This document shows positions 27,401-46,300 of a stretch of DNA of 64,000 bases, piece after piece. Location: positions 372,001-436,000 of the forward strand of contig JAQGDQ010002371.1 in the NCBI GenBank assembly GCA_030141605.1, written 5' to 3'. The DNA comes from Tubiluchus corallicola (Eukaryota > Animalia > Priapulida). The notes under the pieces were generated by a model, which worked only from the letters and a program-made list of their open reading frames with translations, was not told the DNA's origin and did no database searches. How positions within the stretch are numbered: position 1 is the first letter of the stretch; every line of letters begins with the position of its first letter. Both the position numbers and the translations under genes were made by a program.

Positions 27401-30400
27401 ATATTTTACATTAAAGAAATAAAACGACACAATGATTATATATTATAAGATGAAAAGGCTTTATTGTAGAGAAAATGCAGAAAAGAAAAACGCAACAAGT
27501 ATGGCCATTTCAGTTACTGCTAAGAATATTCTGCTGAATATTTGACTAGATGCAGTTTCCAGTTTAATGCACTACTTGAGTTTAAACAAATTAAGTGAGG
27601 TTAGTAATAAAGCATTGCTTTATATTTTAGGATAATAAAGTGAATGGCAATACAGAAGCCACACGTCTGTTAGGTTGTAGTTACCTGTACCCGGCTGTGG
27701 TTCCTGATCCTCACGTCACTACCGTTACACTGCGACATGATGATGAGCTTATCATCATTGCTAACAGTGGAGTCTGGCAGTATGTATCATACGAGGAAGC
27801 TGTGGCCGAGATTAGAGAAATTCAAAACCCGGTTCTTGCAGCTAAAAAGCTTCAGGTAGGAATATACAGTTGCATTTCAATATTTATAGAAATCGGGGAA
27901 TAACGTAACATTTACCTAAATTATGTGTGAAATAAATTCTGTGACACTATGGCATTATTCAAGCATTATTTCTAACGCATATTGTACAACATGATACTCA
28001 TTGTATGTTTTGCATGTTTTTTGTATACCTATCAGGCAAAGATCAATGGTCGCATGAAACCGATGAATGCCAAAGAAAGGGGGAAAGAGGTCAAATAAAT
28101 TATAGATCTGTCTGTCAACATGTAGAGAAATGTACTTTTGAATGGCCATTTAAAAACTATTAGATTTTGTAAGGGATAACTGGAAGACTTCATTGGTTCT
28201 GGCAAAATGAAATCACAACAAACCACAAGCTCAATTCAATGAAAAATTTTACTTTTTACTCCAAATCTTCTAATAAAAGTAATGAGTGCTTGATTGCCTA
28301 GTAGAAACTGGTGTGTTAACTTCAGCAGCCATCACATCTAAAATGTAGAAAGTGGCATATAACATCATATGAATATAATATGTTTTTATGTCATAAGAAC
28401 ACTATAACTATAAACCAGCTTACTTTGAAAACTTCATTCATTACTATCACTATTTCAGGATATTGCACAGAGTTATGGATCAAAAGAAAATCTGAGTGTG
28501 ATGGTAATTCGACTCAATCTCAGTTTGTCTGTAACTCAGCGCCTTGTGCGCAAATATCACCAGAGAGGCTGTCATCTCAGTTATTCCACAGTTAATGGAT
28601 CAAGATCAAGTTGTAATAGGTAAATGATGTCTTTACCACAGATGTATGGCAGATTTCAAGTTAAGAACATTCACTGTAATAGTTTACCAATGTGTTCTCA
28701 CGAAAGTTATGCTAGAATAATTGCAGTACTTGTACTTAACTGGATAACCAGTTAATTATAGTTCTTAAATATTAGAAAAATTGAAAAAGACTTTAAATTT
28801 CGCAAACTAGTAGTATGTATATAATATATATATATATATATGTTAATGAATGATGATTGATTGCTCCTGTTTTTACAATATATCACTAATTTCTTTCAGC
28901 ATAGTCTCAGTGAAGTCTAATGTTTCTCATGGGCATCACGGACATAACCAACGAAGATCCGATCAATCTCCTCGAACTAGGTGTGGAAGCGATCACGTTG
29001 TACATAGGCCTCCATCTCGTATGAATGGTTATGGAGGCCATGGCTTTACAGAAAGTGAACCCAGAATACCTACCAAGGTAACATGTACTGCTTATTGAAG
29101 GAAAGGACAAATCACCTAGCATGTTGGTTTTTTTTACTGGTATCAGTGAAACTTAGAAATATCCAATGAAATTTCCAAAAAAGTTTTAATGAAATACAAA
29201 ATTAATTTATACTGCCACAGTAATGATATTTTTGGGTGCAGTGGTAGCTGCCATTCAGTTGAAATTTTCTTACTTTTGACGGAAATTGATGATGCGCTGC
29301 TTTTCTTCAGATGATGAATGACGTGATTAGTGGAAGAAGGGGCGTTCAAAATGAAAGTGCCAACGCTTGAAACGATCGCGACTTTAAAGAGATTTTACTC
29401 TGTAACTCTGTTACACATGAAGCTTATCGTACTTTTATTACTACATCCTTCTAACATTTTTCGTGAAAGTTGAAATAAGGTTAACTTCCCAGGAAGCTTG
29501 ACCATTCCTTTAAAAATAAGTTTCCAGTCTTGGTATTTGACTATTAAGTCAGTCACTGTTTGTTTATGTCATATAACAGATCTGAATTACTTTCCTGTCT
29601 TCAGGAATATGGATAATGTTTTCAGACAAAAGTATATGGTAGTGTTAATTTAGGATAAATTTCATTGCCATCATCGTGCAGTCATCATTATTTTTTGCAA
29701 ATGAGATTATATCTGTTTCACCAGAACTTAATATTTTATCTTAGGCATTCTATGAATCTGAAGAGATGAGGATCAAATCAAATGATGACTTTGCTGAAAA
29801 TGGAATTTCATATCGGCGTATTTGCCATGATACTGTGGACGACGAAATTGCTGTAATACCAAGTCAATTGTCTTCACATTCGCTCACAAGAAAAAGTCAA
29901 AAGTTGAAAAATCAAGAAGGTATAAGATGTGTACGGAATAGAATTCTCATCACATGACAGAATTATGAAATTATCGATTGCCTAATTCAAGCTTCCTGGC
30001 ACCCTAAGGAATGATCTATGTTTTGATTTTAGTGTTCCTCTAAAATTCCTCTATGTTCCCCTGCAAGAATTTACTGAATTAGCATGTTATGTAATCCTTA
30101 GATGGACTTAGAAAACATAGCCAGGATATATATTTTTGGTACTTCAGTAGGCACCGCTTAATAGACTCACTTTGGGACCGAAGTGTTTTGACCCAATTAA
30201 CGTACTGAACATATTAACCGATGTGTGTAGTATTACAGGTATAGAAGTATGAGTCATCTGCTTACTATGCACTGCAAAGGTTTTTAATGAATTTAGAAAT
30301 GAAATAATGCCTAAATTCCTTTGTGCAGTTAAAAATTAGAAAAAATATTTTTAAAATATTAATTTTTATAAGTGAATTAGCAATATATTAAAAAGTAATC

Positions 30401-31559
30401 TTTTTGAAATCACACAAGTCTGCTCATTTGCAAAAATTACAAAAATTCCTTCAAAGTCGGCTACTTCATTTTCTCGCGAAGAAGTTGGCCCACAAAGTTC
30501 TTGTAATTATAAAAACGTTGACAATTTGTTGTTGTGTGTGACTAAAACAGTTCTGAATCGTCTACTCACTTACATTGCCCATATTTGCTGCACGACGTTT
30601 ACGTAAGTCACAAGGAATATCAGCTGATTACTGCACCTGCATCTTTGACTGTTAACTCATTAAGCCTGAAAGCGTGATTTGCAACGAGAGCATCAAAAGG
30701 AAAACGCTGGGCAAGTGCATAAATGTTTAGCTTCCAGAAATTCGAGGTTAGCGTAGCGTAATAGTGCATGATAATCGTACCTGCTTATAAACAAAACGGT
30801 ACTTAACATGATTGTTTCTGCATACATAGTGCACAAAACGGAAGTAACGGTGGCATAAAAGTAGGAAAGGCTCTTTTGGCACCTACAAATATCTTATTTT
30901 AAGTAGGTGAAGGAAAAATATTGAATCAATTATACGAACTTATTTGAGTCAGTTACCGATAGTTTTTACGTATATTTGAATTGAAGCGCCCGTTCCAACC
31001 GTTTTTGAGTCAATTAAGTGATTGACTCTATTAACCGTGAGTCTATTAAGCGGCGCCTACTGTATAAAAATTTATTGCAAAGTACTTGTAACGCCATCTA
31101 CTGATCAAAGGCTCAAAGCTGATAATGCTTACTTATAAATTGGCTGCTCAGCTAAGTCAATAGTCACTGTATGCCCTAAATGTGTTGTAATAATCTAATA
31201 TTATAGTAATCCTAGAATCAGTGGCAATGTTAATCAAACTTACAGTAGAACTTGTTTTATTAATAGGTATGCTTTCAGCTAGTCAGACTGAATCACAGAG
31301 AGATGAGCAACTGTCTGAATCACACAGCAGCAACACCACAATTGGCAAATACAATTCTTGGGACTTTCTTCCAGAAGATCAGCAGAACAGCTCAAAGCAG
31401 ATGCTGGCACGACCTATCACACCTGCAGAGAAACAAGCTTTGATGCGTAACACAAAGATCTCTAATTCAAACCAGCTGCTCAATGGAGAGTATGAAAATG
31501 AATCAGTGCATCCAAAATCTGTCGTCACAACTGTAAGCTTTACTGACACAAGATTGTAG
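18482..31559 (+). CDS. PHLPP: PH domain leucine-rich repeat protein phosphatase (PHLPP), 5'-partial, ~943 aa in window. Exons: 18482-18620, 19263-19343, 19446-19665, 20485-20545, 20929-21024, 23284-23442, 24193-24390, 24501-24663, 24825-24955, 25108-25236, 25425-25616, 26621-26852, 27631-27855, 28459-28619, 28900-29077, 29745-29919, 31267-31559 (alternative in-frame acceptor 31279)
   Basis: Successive GT-AG exons join in phase (2833 nt = 1 + 944 codons including the stop). They encode tandem LRRs (LRALHLHNNHLSSLP, LTHLDVSHNRITNL, LEELNVSGNKLQYLP), then a PP2C-fold domain with PHLPP-type motifs (WSVGFSETSGSRNKLC, LFGMFDGGRNNE, LNLANVGHVEVILCRQG, VNGNTEATRLLGCSYLYP, AAKKLQDIAQSYG) and the C-terminal PDZ ligand FTDTRL-stop (human PHLPP1 DTPL and PHLPP2 DTAL, from memory). 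The three tail exons after the PP2C domain are less certain than the rest. Confidence 0.93.
21157..21995. mobile_element. Older copy of the same pogo-like MITE family
   Basis: Starts TA-CAGTAGGCGCATCTTGATAGACTCACTTTG and is colinear with 30145-31062 throughout (aaatgtttaNcttccagaaat, gtacctgctta, gctcttt, cttattttaa, ttgagtcagtta). The right TIR is degraded. Confidence 0.78.
22087..23267 (+). mobile_element. 5'-truncated CR1/L2-type LINE (ORF2 C-terminus + 3' UTR + microsatellite tail), sense to PHLPP
   Basis: It translates to WFKANKLSLNIEKSKFIVF...TKFLGIIIDEHLTWQEHL..., then IFMYKF...LPPLFTDYF...IHNYGTR...FSIKYNGPCIWNSI (ORF 22345-22830), with frameshifts. It ends with AATAAA (23243) and a (TGAAT)n tail. 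Confidence 0.88.
23563..24101. mobile_element. piggyBac-like MITE (539 bp)
   Basis: TTAA-CCCTTTCACTA ... TAGTGAAAGGG-TTAA: TTAA target duplication, CCC/GGG termini and an 11-bp perfect TIR. It fills most of a 750-bp PHLPP intron. Confidence 0.85.
26251..26329. mobile_element. Tiny degenerate Tigger/pogo-like MITE
   Basis: cagttgacctcggctataacgag ... ctcgttattaacggtttatactg-ta: imperfect inverted ends starting CAGT. Confidence 0.4.
30145..31062. mobile_element. pogo/Tigger-like MITE (~918 bp) in the last PHLPP intron
   Basis: 26-bp TIRs CAGTAGGCACCGCTTAATAGACTCAC and GTGAGTCTATTAAGCGGCGCCTACTG (1 mismatch). TA flanks the right end (left flank is TT). No coding capacity. Confidence 0.88.
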
Positions 31560-32645
31560 TAACACGAATATGTGTTTGATCATTTGATCAAAAGACTCGA
31601 ATAGGAAATGAATTTAGAGTACAGATATATGTTAGAACACATTCATCTGTTCTGATATGCATATAAAGTTGTCTTGTTTTATATGTATGAAAAGTAATGT
31701 TGTAGAACATCTTTTTTGGGATGTATTGGAGTTTGAGGTATATGAAGGCTACTAAAAATAAGGTGATTATATTATTATACTGTTGTGTTTTACTCTTCTG
31801 AATCTGAAGTTTCTCAAGTTTGTTATCAATTAATTGTAAGAATCTATAATCTATAACTATAATTGCTGTTCAGGATGATTTAGTGTGCTCATCGAGTTTG
31901 TCTATAGATTATGCTGTAATAGAAATAGTTGATTTTTGAATGTTTTTCTTACCACTGTACGAAGTAAAAATTGTATTATATTTTTCTAGACATTATCTTT
32001 CTATAATTCTTAATTGTGCATATATGTGTACATTCTTACCATGGGCTGAACATAGGTATTTTGGTGATGAGAACTTCAAGTTTTATAAGTATGTATATTA
32101 CTTATTTCTGTAGAATATTTGCAACTGTAAATATTACATGGTAATGATGTTTCTTGAAGTTTTTCTTTGGTCATATTAAAATATAATAGTGAAATATATG
32201 ATGATTGTATAATTTTAAGTAATTATTCCAATGCAAAATAATGATAGTATGACATCTTCTTGTTTACATACTTATATGCACAGCCTTTGTAGCTGCTGTG
32301 AGTTAGTTGTATATTATGCTGCTGGAGAACTTGATAGCTTTGGCTGTGAAAGAAATTTAGAGGAATATTTAATTGTGTGTTTTGTGAGAACAATTTCTTA
32401 TTAATTTTTTACTGTTTTATTATTTCAGTGGTTTGTTTATTTGTTTTGTATTGCTACTTTTCGTCAGTTTTGTAAGTTTTTTGTTGGTGAAGGCAATTTA
32501 TGTTGTATATAATGATATTATAAGTTTTATACATAGTTTTGTAATAATTATTTTTATAAAATGTGAAGTCATAAATTCTGGTGATGGTATTAGGAATTAT
32601 TATAGTAGGTAAAGATGTGATAATTGAAGCAATTATATTATTTTT

Positions 32646-32651
32646 AATAAA
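32646..32651 (+). terminator. Probable PHLPP polyadenylation signal AATAAA
   Basis: AATAAA ~1.09 kb after the stop, at the end of a T/G-rich UTR-like tract, followed by GT-rich downstream sequence (gtggtttatc, ctgtttgtgg). Confidence 0.5.
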
Positions 32652-33239
32652 GTTTAACTATCCAGAAGTGGTTTATCAATCTGTTTGTGGAAATACTTAT
32701 TTGCTATTACATATTAAATATTACATAATTATAATATAATTTTAACTTAACTAATTTTAACTTACAATAATCTCCTACGCAGTTTGCAAAAAAAATCGGC
32801 AAAATAGTTTTGAAACAGTTATCTACCTTTACATCAAAATGTTTTTTAAAACAATGTGACATCTTACAAAAATGATGCTTGTGTTATATAGCATAAGCAT
32901 CATTTTTGTAATAATTATGTCAAATTTTGATAACACAAATAAGCACTTCCTGGCTAAACCAAAATCACTCGTCTTGTTTAACATTGGCTTGTTTATGGGA
33001 ATAAAAAGGAGTGAACTTTTACAGCATTTTAGCGAGAACTAGCTTTACATGGTTTTAGCTGCTTTTTCTGGTTAGATACGTAAATACATACAAGCCCAGA
33101 AACGTCATGCCAGATGATATCATTAAGCTTACTGCCTCAAATTAGTGTCTGGTATCCATGCATGTATAATATATGTACAGTTTAATTTTAATGCTTTAAT
33201 GTTTCACAGTGTTTTGAACTGATGGGTTTCAGTGTTTTA

Positions 33240-40456
<7,217 letters not shown>

Positions 40457-41075
40457 TGTTTAATATGAATAAGTTTGTCTATTTATCTGTAATTGTTTGC
40501 TTGTCCTTGTTTTATAAATTTGAAAACTCTTGGCAGTCATTCAGATGCCAATTACAAAAAACTCTATTATCTGTTGGATTTTTTCCTGGGCCTCATGAAA
40601 AATAACTTAGCAATTGGTGAAAAATGGCTAAACTTCAATTTAACTCTGAAATTACAGCCTTTACAAACATTATTATTATCACTAACTGTACAAGAGTCAC
40701 ATTTTCTTGTAAAAAATGCAAAATAGCTGAAAAAACTGGATTATCTTTTATATTTTATCACTGCAACTTTATGATGTTCTAAAAATGATGAAATAGTGGT
40801 TACATTACACTACACAACTGTCTGAACTTTTCTTCATTGCACGACAGTATAATCATTTTCAAAAATGAAAAAATCAGTTTATAAACTAGCATTGTTTCAC
40901 TTTTTCCTAATTCTGAGTCTCTGACCTTTTAATATTCTAAATCTGTTCATTCTACAAACAAGTATCACTTCTCTAACAAAAGAACGAGCACTTGTAGCCT
41001 GCTAATTGAATCAGTATTAACAATTATATAATCAAGTGATCATTAAAAACATCCAAAGAGTTTATGATCCTTACG

Positions 41076-41081
41076 TTTATT
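41076..41081 (-). terminator. Candidate ABCB1 polyadenylation signal (AATAAA on - strand)
   Basis: This is the first canonical AATAAA I found downstream of the ABCB1 stop on the minus strand (~2.25 kb UTR). ATTAAA variants occur earlier. Confidence 0.3.
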
Positions 41082-43324
41082 CTTCCGAATTATTATATTT
41101 TTATACAATTCTAGCAGCACAGTGCTCTACTACAGTCACTACCATAAGTTCAAAACCACCAGTCTACAGCGTTTGTGATCTTTGCGAACTATTGCATCAT
41201 CTGTTGTTATATAATATAACAGATAATAGCTCCTGTTGTTATATTAGTTATTCTCCTCACACGATTTGACTTTGTTACAATTGTCACTATCTTTTAAATA
41301 ATACGATATCTTGTGATTTTTTCTAACATTAGTGCACAATTTGAAAATGTTCAAAATATCACTATCAACACACAAAGGGTCTAAAATATATTGTAAAAAA
41401 GAGGAATGTTATCATTCTCTAAAAGTGAAATTTGGTGCAAAGTTAGACTTTAGGTTCTTGGCATGTTTGTAACAAAGGATTTTTCACCCAGTTTTTGATG
41501 TGCACAAACTTCACACAGAATGGTAGCTTTTGAAATCATAGCAAAAAATGCTTAGTGAGCCAAAATTGTGTAGCCGATGTCGTGACACAATAACCATAGA
41601 CTAGTTAGTCATTCAACAGTGGCTAATGTAATACTTCGCAGAGATTCAAAATGTGATATTCAGGCAGGGTAGTATGCCTGATGGTGGTGACCCCATTTCA
41701 AGAGGATGTCATGTACTGTGGTCCTGATTATACAGTAAGATGGACATTAAGTTATATACAATTAAAACAGTATTAGAAATAATTTAAATCACGGTTTTTA
41801 CAATTAACGATAACTATTACTTCTCTCAAAAATAGTAGCTATGTAACACAACAAAATGATACATAGAAAAATTAGATCCTCTGGAATGGCCTACAGAGTT
41901 TAAATTTGTCAACGTTATTTTGCACTCATCAGTATTTAAAAATATGAGAAATTTAACATGATCCACTAATAATAATAGTTACAAGAAGGAAAACAGCACT
42001 AAAATTAGCTTTACAAATTTATCACAGTAATATTTTTTAATGTGGAACAAAGTGCATTTAACTTGCCTTTTTAATCTACACTTAGTACAGTTTGCCCTAA
42101 AAACAAAAGGTTTGATTATGGTGCACCAAACATCAATAAATGAAAATTTGCCTATTTCAAGGTGTCATTTAATTTAGTGTTATAAATTGAGACACTAAAC
42201 TGTGTGAAACTATCAGTCAGTACCGTTACCGTAAAATTTTGTGACTAGTTGTACCACAGGTGATTGGTACAAAAAACTGCACATCAATGTACTGAAGTTA
42301 CCCTAGCTTCCTAGACAACCATTTCACAATTATTAAAATTAAGTAGGCTAACTCAAGCTCTGTCACTTATAAATATGGTAATGACGCCAACTTGGCATAA
42401 TTAAGACATGGCATTACAAACATTACAAATACAGTTAAACTCATTAGCCAAAGCTAATATGAACTGATAATACACAGCATAATCATGAATAATTATATGC
42501 TAACAAATAAAAAAATACTGAAGTAAAATGTGCGCATATTTATACCAAAATTGTACCATATATTAACAGTAAAACCATTTAAAGTGAGCTATTATGTAAA
42601 ACTACATAAAGCAATCAAGTGTGACGAATTACAGTTTGTAATACCTTCATAAATCTTACAAGCAGACATTTGAACTTTGTAATGACACAAAATATAAGCA
42701 TACATGCAAGAAAATATTAGCATACTGTATATTGTAAACAAATATATTAATACAAAATCGGAATAATGAATTAACTAATTAAACATAAACAAGCTGGTAT
42801 TGAAAACAAAACAACAAGCAATCATGACATGCGTAGCTAATCTAAAAAGCTCCTGATTTTTGCAAACCAAAAATTTAATAAGTGAACACTGTTAGATTAG
42901 ATATAACCTGCTGAGGTAGCACCATCTCACCGGTTTTTTCAAAAACATTTAAAAATTATCAAGAGATCATAGGGAATCAAGTTTTTAATTGATATGATGT
43001 TAGAAGAAAAAACTGTCTTGCCTATATAGTAAAATAAGGACAAAAATATGACTAGGCTACAATTGGTATTATCTTCTTATTATCCAACAAATGTATTTTA
43101 TACAGTGATAAACTATTTTTCTATGGATCCAAGAAAATGTCATAATTAATCAAATGCAAGATCTACACAACATATATCATGAATGCAATTAAACAATTTT
43201 TCAAATTAGAGAGTAAATCTTACTATTTTACTATAAATGTATGAAAATTAATAATAAAAAGATTACCTGCAAAACTAAACATTATGAACAGTGCATTTCA
43301 GATCAATAAAATTTCATAACACTA

Positions 43325-46300
43325 CTACAATTTTTCATTTTCATCTTTTCTGTCTTTTAGCTGTGCATTGTTAAGTATATAATAAAGCCCTTGTGTTGCA
43401 AGTAAATCAGCATGTTGGCCCTCCTCCGCTACCTTTCCATGATTTATAACTGCTATTTTATCAGAGTGATAAATCGTTGAAAGCCGGTGTGCAATGGTGA
43501 CAGATGTACGTCCCTTTTGTGCATTATCGAGAGCATCTTGCACCACCTAAAAAATGTTGAAATTTAAAATTTCCTTGTCTGCATATTTTTCTGGTTACCT
43601 AGTTCATAACTAGACTACCGCTAAATAACAGTTTATGAACAAAAAGTTGTAGCTTGTACCAAGTGTACTTGCAAGATAACACAAGAGCTGCTTGACTTGC
43701 AAATGAAGAAGTGGTAAACTTGCTTTACGTTGTACCATGTGTACCTGCAAGGTAACATAACAGTAGTGGCAAATAGATGGATAACAGGTGGAAAATTGTT
43801 TCTAGACAGTTTGCCCATGTTATTGTGATAACGATTATTTAACTAGTTGAGTTCCTAAGGAAAATTTATTTAACTAGTTGAAGTCCTGAGGAAAATATGT
43901 GTAACCCAAATGTGACTAAATCAGTTCTGTGGATTCAGTGTTAGATTAGAAGATTAAATCGAAGTGGAGGAAATGGTGGGACAGGCTTGTATTCTCCCTC
44001 ACCATGAAGCCATGAATGCATCTATCAAGGCTGTCATTAAGGATTTTTAAATTCGATTTCTGCTCGTACAGCAGCAAAAATCTGGCTCCTTTAAGCTTTT
44101 TTTTAAAAGAAACCGGCATAATTTATTGTTCAATTTCAAGGAAAATTAACATTTATAATTTAATTGTAATTCTGCACATGACCCTAATTACGTAGTAGTA
44201 AGGAACATTATGTTCTTAGAAAATTCTCTAGTGTTATCTCATAATTCGTGAAACCATTTCTTGTAACTCCTTTATATAACTTCTCAATTCACAATTAACT
44301 TTACCATAATTATTATTCAAATACGTTGCTTTCACGACAACTTTCTAAGATACAGTGTTATTTTTTTGCAAAGTATGAAGTGTCATGTAGTCCAACAGAT
44401 CGTAAGACAATCATTTACTGTCGAATCATAACTTTCTGTTTAATATCAGCGCTGCAAAAAAACTTACCCGTTCACTTTCTGTATCCAAAGCTGATGTTGC
44501 TTCGTCTAATAATAATATTCTGGGATTACGAATCAGTGCTCTAGCAATGGCAATTCGCTGTTTTTGTCCACCGCTCAACTGGGTACCTTTTTCTCCAACA
44601 TTTGTTGCATATCCCTAGTAAAGATAGTTTTGGAATTAAGGATATTTAACATACAAGTCCTAGAAAATGCATAACTATTATAATGTGTTTAATACAATAC
44701 TGGATGTCACAAAAGGGACACAAATGTACATTAGTTATGACACAAACCAGCCGCAATAATGTTTTGAAAACCAGATATAAATGCCTAAAAATTGACAGCA
44801 GTACACCACTTGAAAATTCTGTCTGCAACTGAACATTCTAAGCAATTTTGTGGTGATTAATATCATAAAAGTTTAAATATTGTGACATTATCCCTCCATA
44901 CATTCATGCTTTTGCAAACTAAGTCTCCAACTTCATCTTAATCTCACACTCTCCCAGACATCAAGGTTTTGACAAAATGGTTTGCCATGGCAAATCTACT
45001 GCTTGTAATGTCAGAGTGAAAAGCAATGCTGAAAAACACCTGCTTAACGATCCTGACTACACTTTAAACTCAAATAAATATACCAGTCTGTTTTCAGGTA
45101 ATGTTTGAGAAAACAAACTCGGAAAACGAACTTTCAGCTTCATGCAGATGCCTCAGCATTAACATAAATAAATCATTCATTCAACATTTTGAACAACTAC
45201 TTTTGCAGCATCTAAATGTATTATCATCCATTTTCTTCAGTATCTACACATATCTACATCTACTTTGTGTAACATCTTCTTTGATAAGAGAAATTAAAAT
45301 CTTCCTTGAAATGCATGCCAAAGCTGAGGTTATGTTAAATATATAAGCAAAAGTACGCTGAATTGTTACAGCTCAGATGGCCACTTCTTTCCATGAACAA
45401 TTATAAGCTATTGTTAAATAAAATTGTTTATAAAAATATTTATATTATTTTTTATTTTTGCAAATACCTATAAAAAATTATCAGACAATTATCAATTTAG
45501 TATTATATGTACTATTATAGCTGACAAAAATTTAAGTTTGTCATAGTTATCTTTTCTAGGAAAAATATGTCAGTGGGAGTAATAGTACTAGTGCTTATTT
45601 AGCCTTAATATTTTTTACTTATAGGTTAAGTGACCTGACAAATACCTAGCAAGCAGAACCATAAAATATGGATGTCGGTAATTAGTTTGGCAATTTTTCC
45701 CTTTCAATAACTATATCAGCATTTATTGTCTATTGCTGGTCTTTTATTGGTTTTTTAAATGCTAAATGCTGTAAGTATCTACTAGACCACTTTGCTGCTA
45801 GATGGTGCCACATTTTTGTTAGCTGCGTGCCATCGCGTCCTCCAGACGGCAGTGTCAAGAAAAAATATTCCAATTTTAATTATTAACACTTACTTAGGAC
45901 ACTATTATAAATTTTTGATGCTTTTTGTTTTGTATATTGTCATTAGTTTTAAAAAATTTCATTCATTTCGTTCAAGTGTCATTGAAAATGACTAAAATTT
46001 CGTTCGTTCCATTCGAATAGCTATTGAATAGCAGTGGTTGGTACCATGTACCAAACACAGCATTCACTAATCACACTGAACTGTAAACAATGAATACAGG
46101 AACTTCTGAAGGAACATAGGCAATGATAATATTTTTAATACAGCATCACAATATAGCAAAAATACCTCAGGTAGGGACTGAATAAATGTATGAATATTAG
46201 CACTTCTGGCTGCGGCTATTATTTCATCCATGAGAACATTTCGCTCGTTATCTCCATAGCTAATGTTCTCCGCAATCGTAGCATCAAACAAAACTGGTTC

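Noticed and set aside
29286-29400. C/D snoRNA or SECIS element (repeated ATGATGA/ATGA)
   Set aside because: No D box at a suitable distance, no SECIS stem geometry, intronic location, and no in-frame TGA in the neighbouring genes.
43654-43760. CRISPR-like repeat-spacer-repeat
   Set aside because: Only two imperfect copies, in a eukaryotic intron, with no cas genes.
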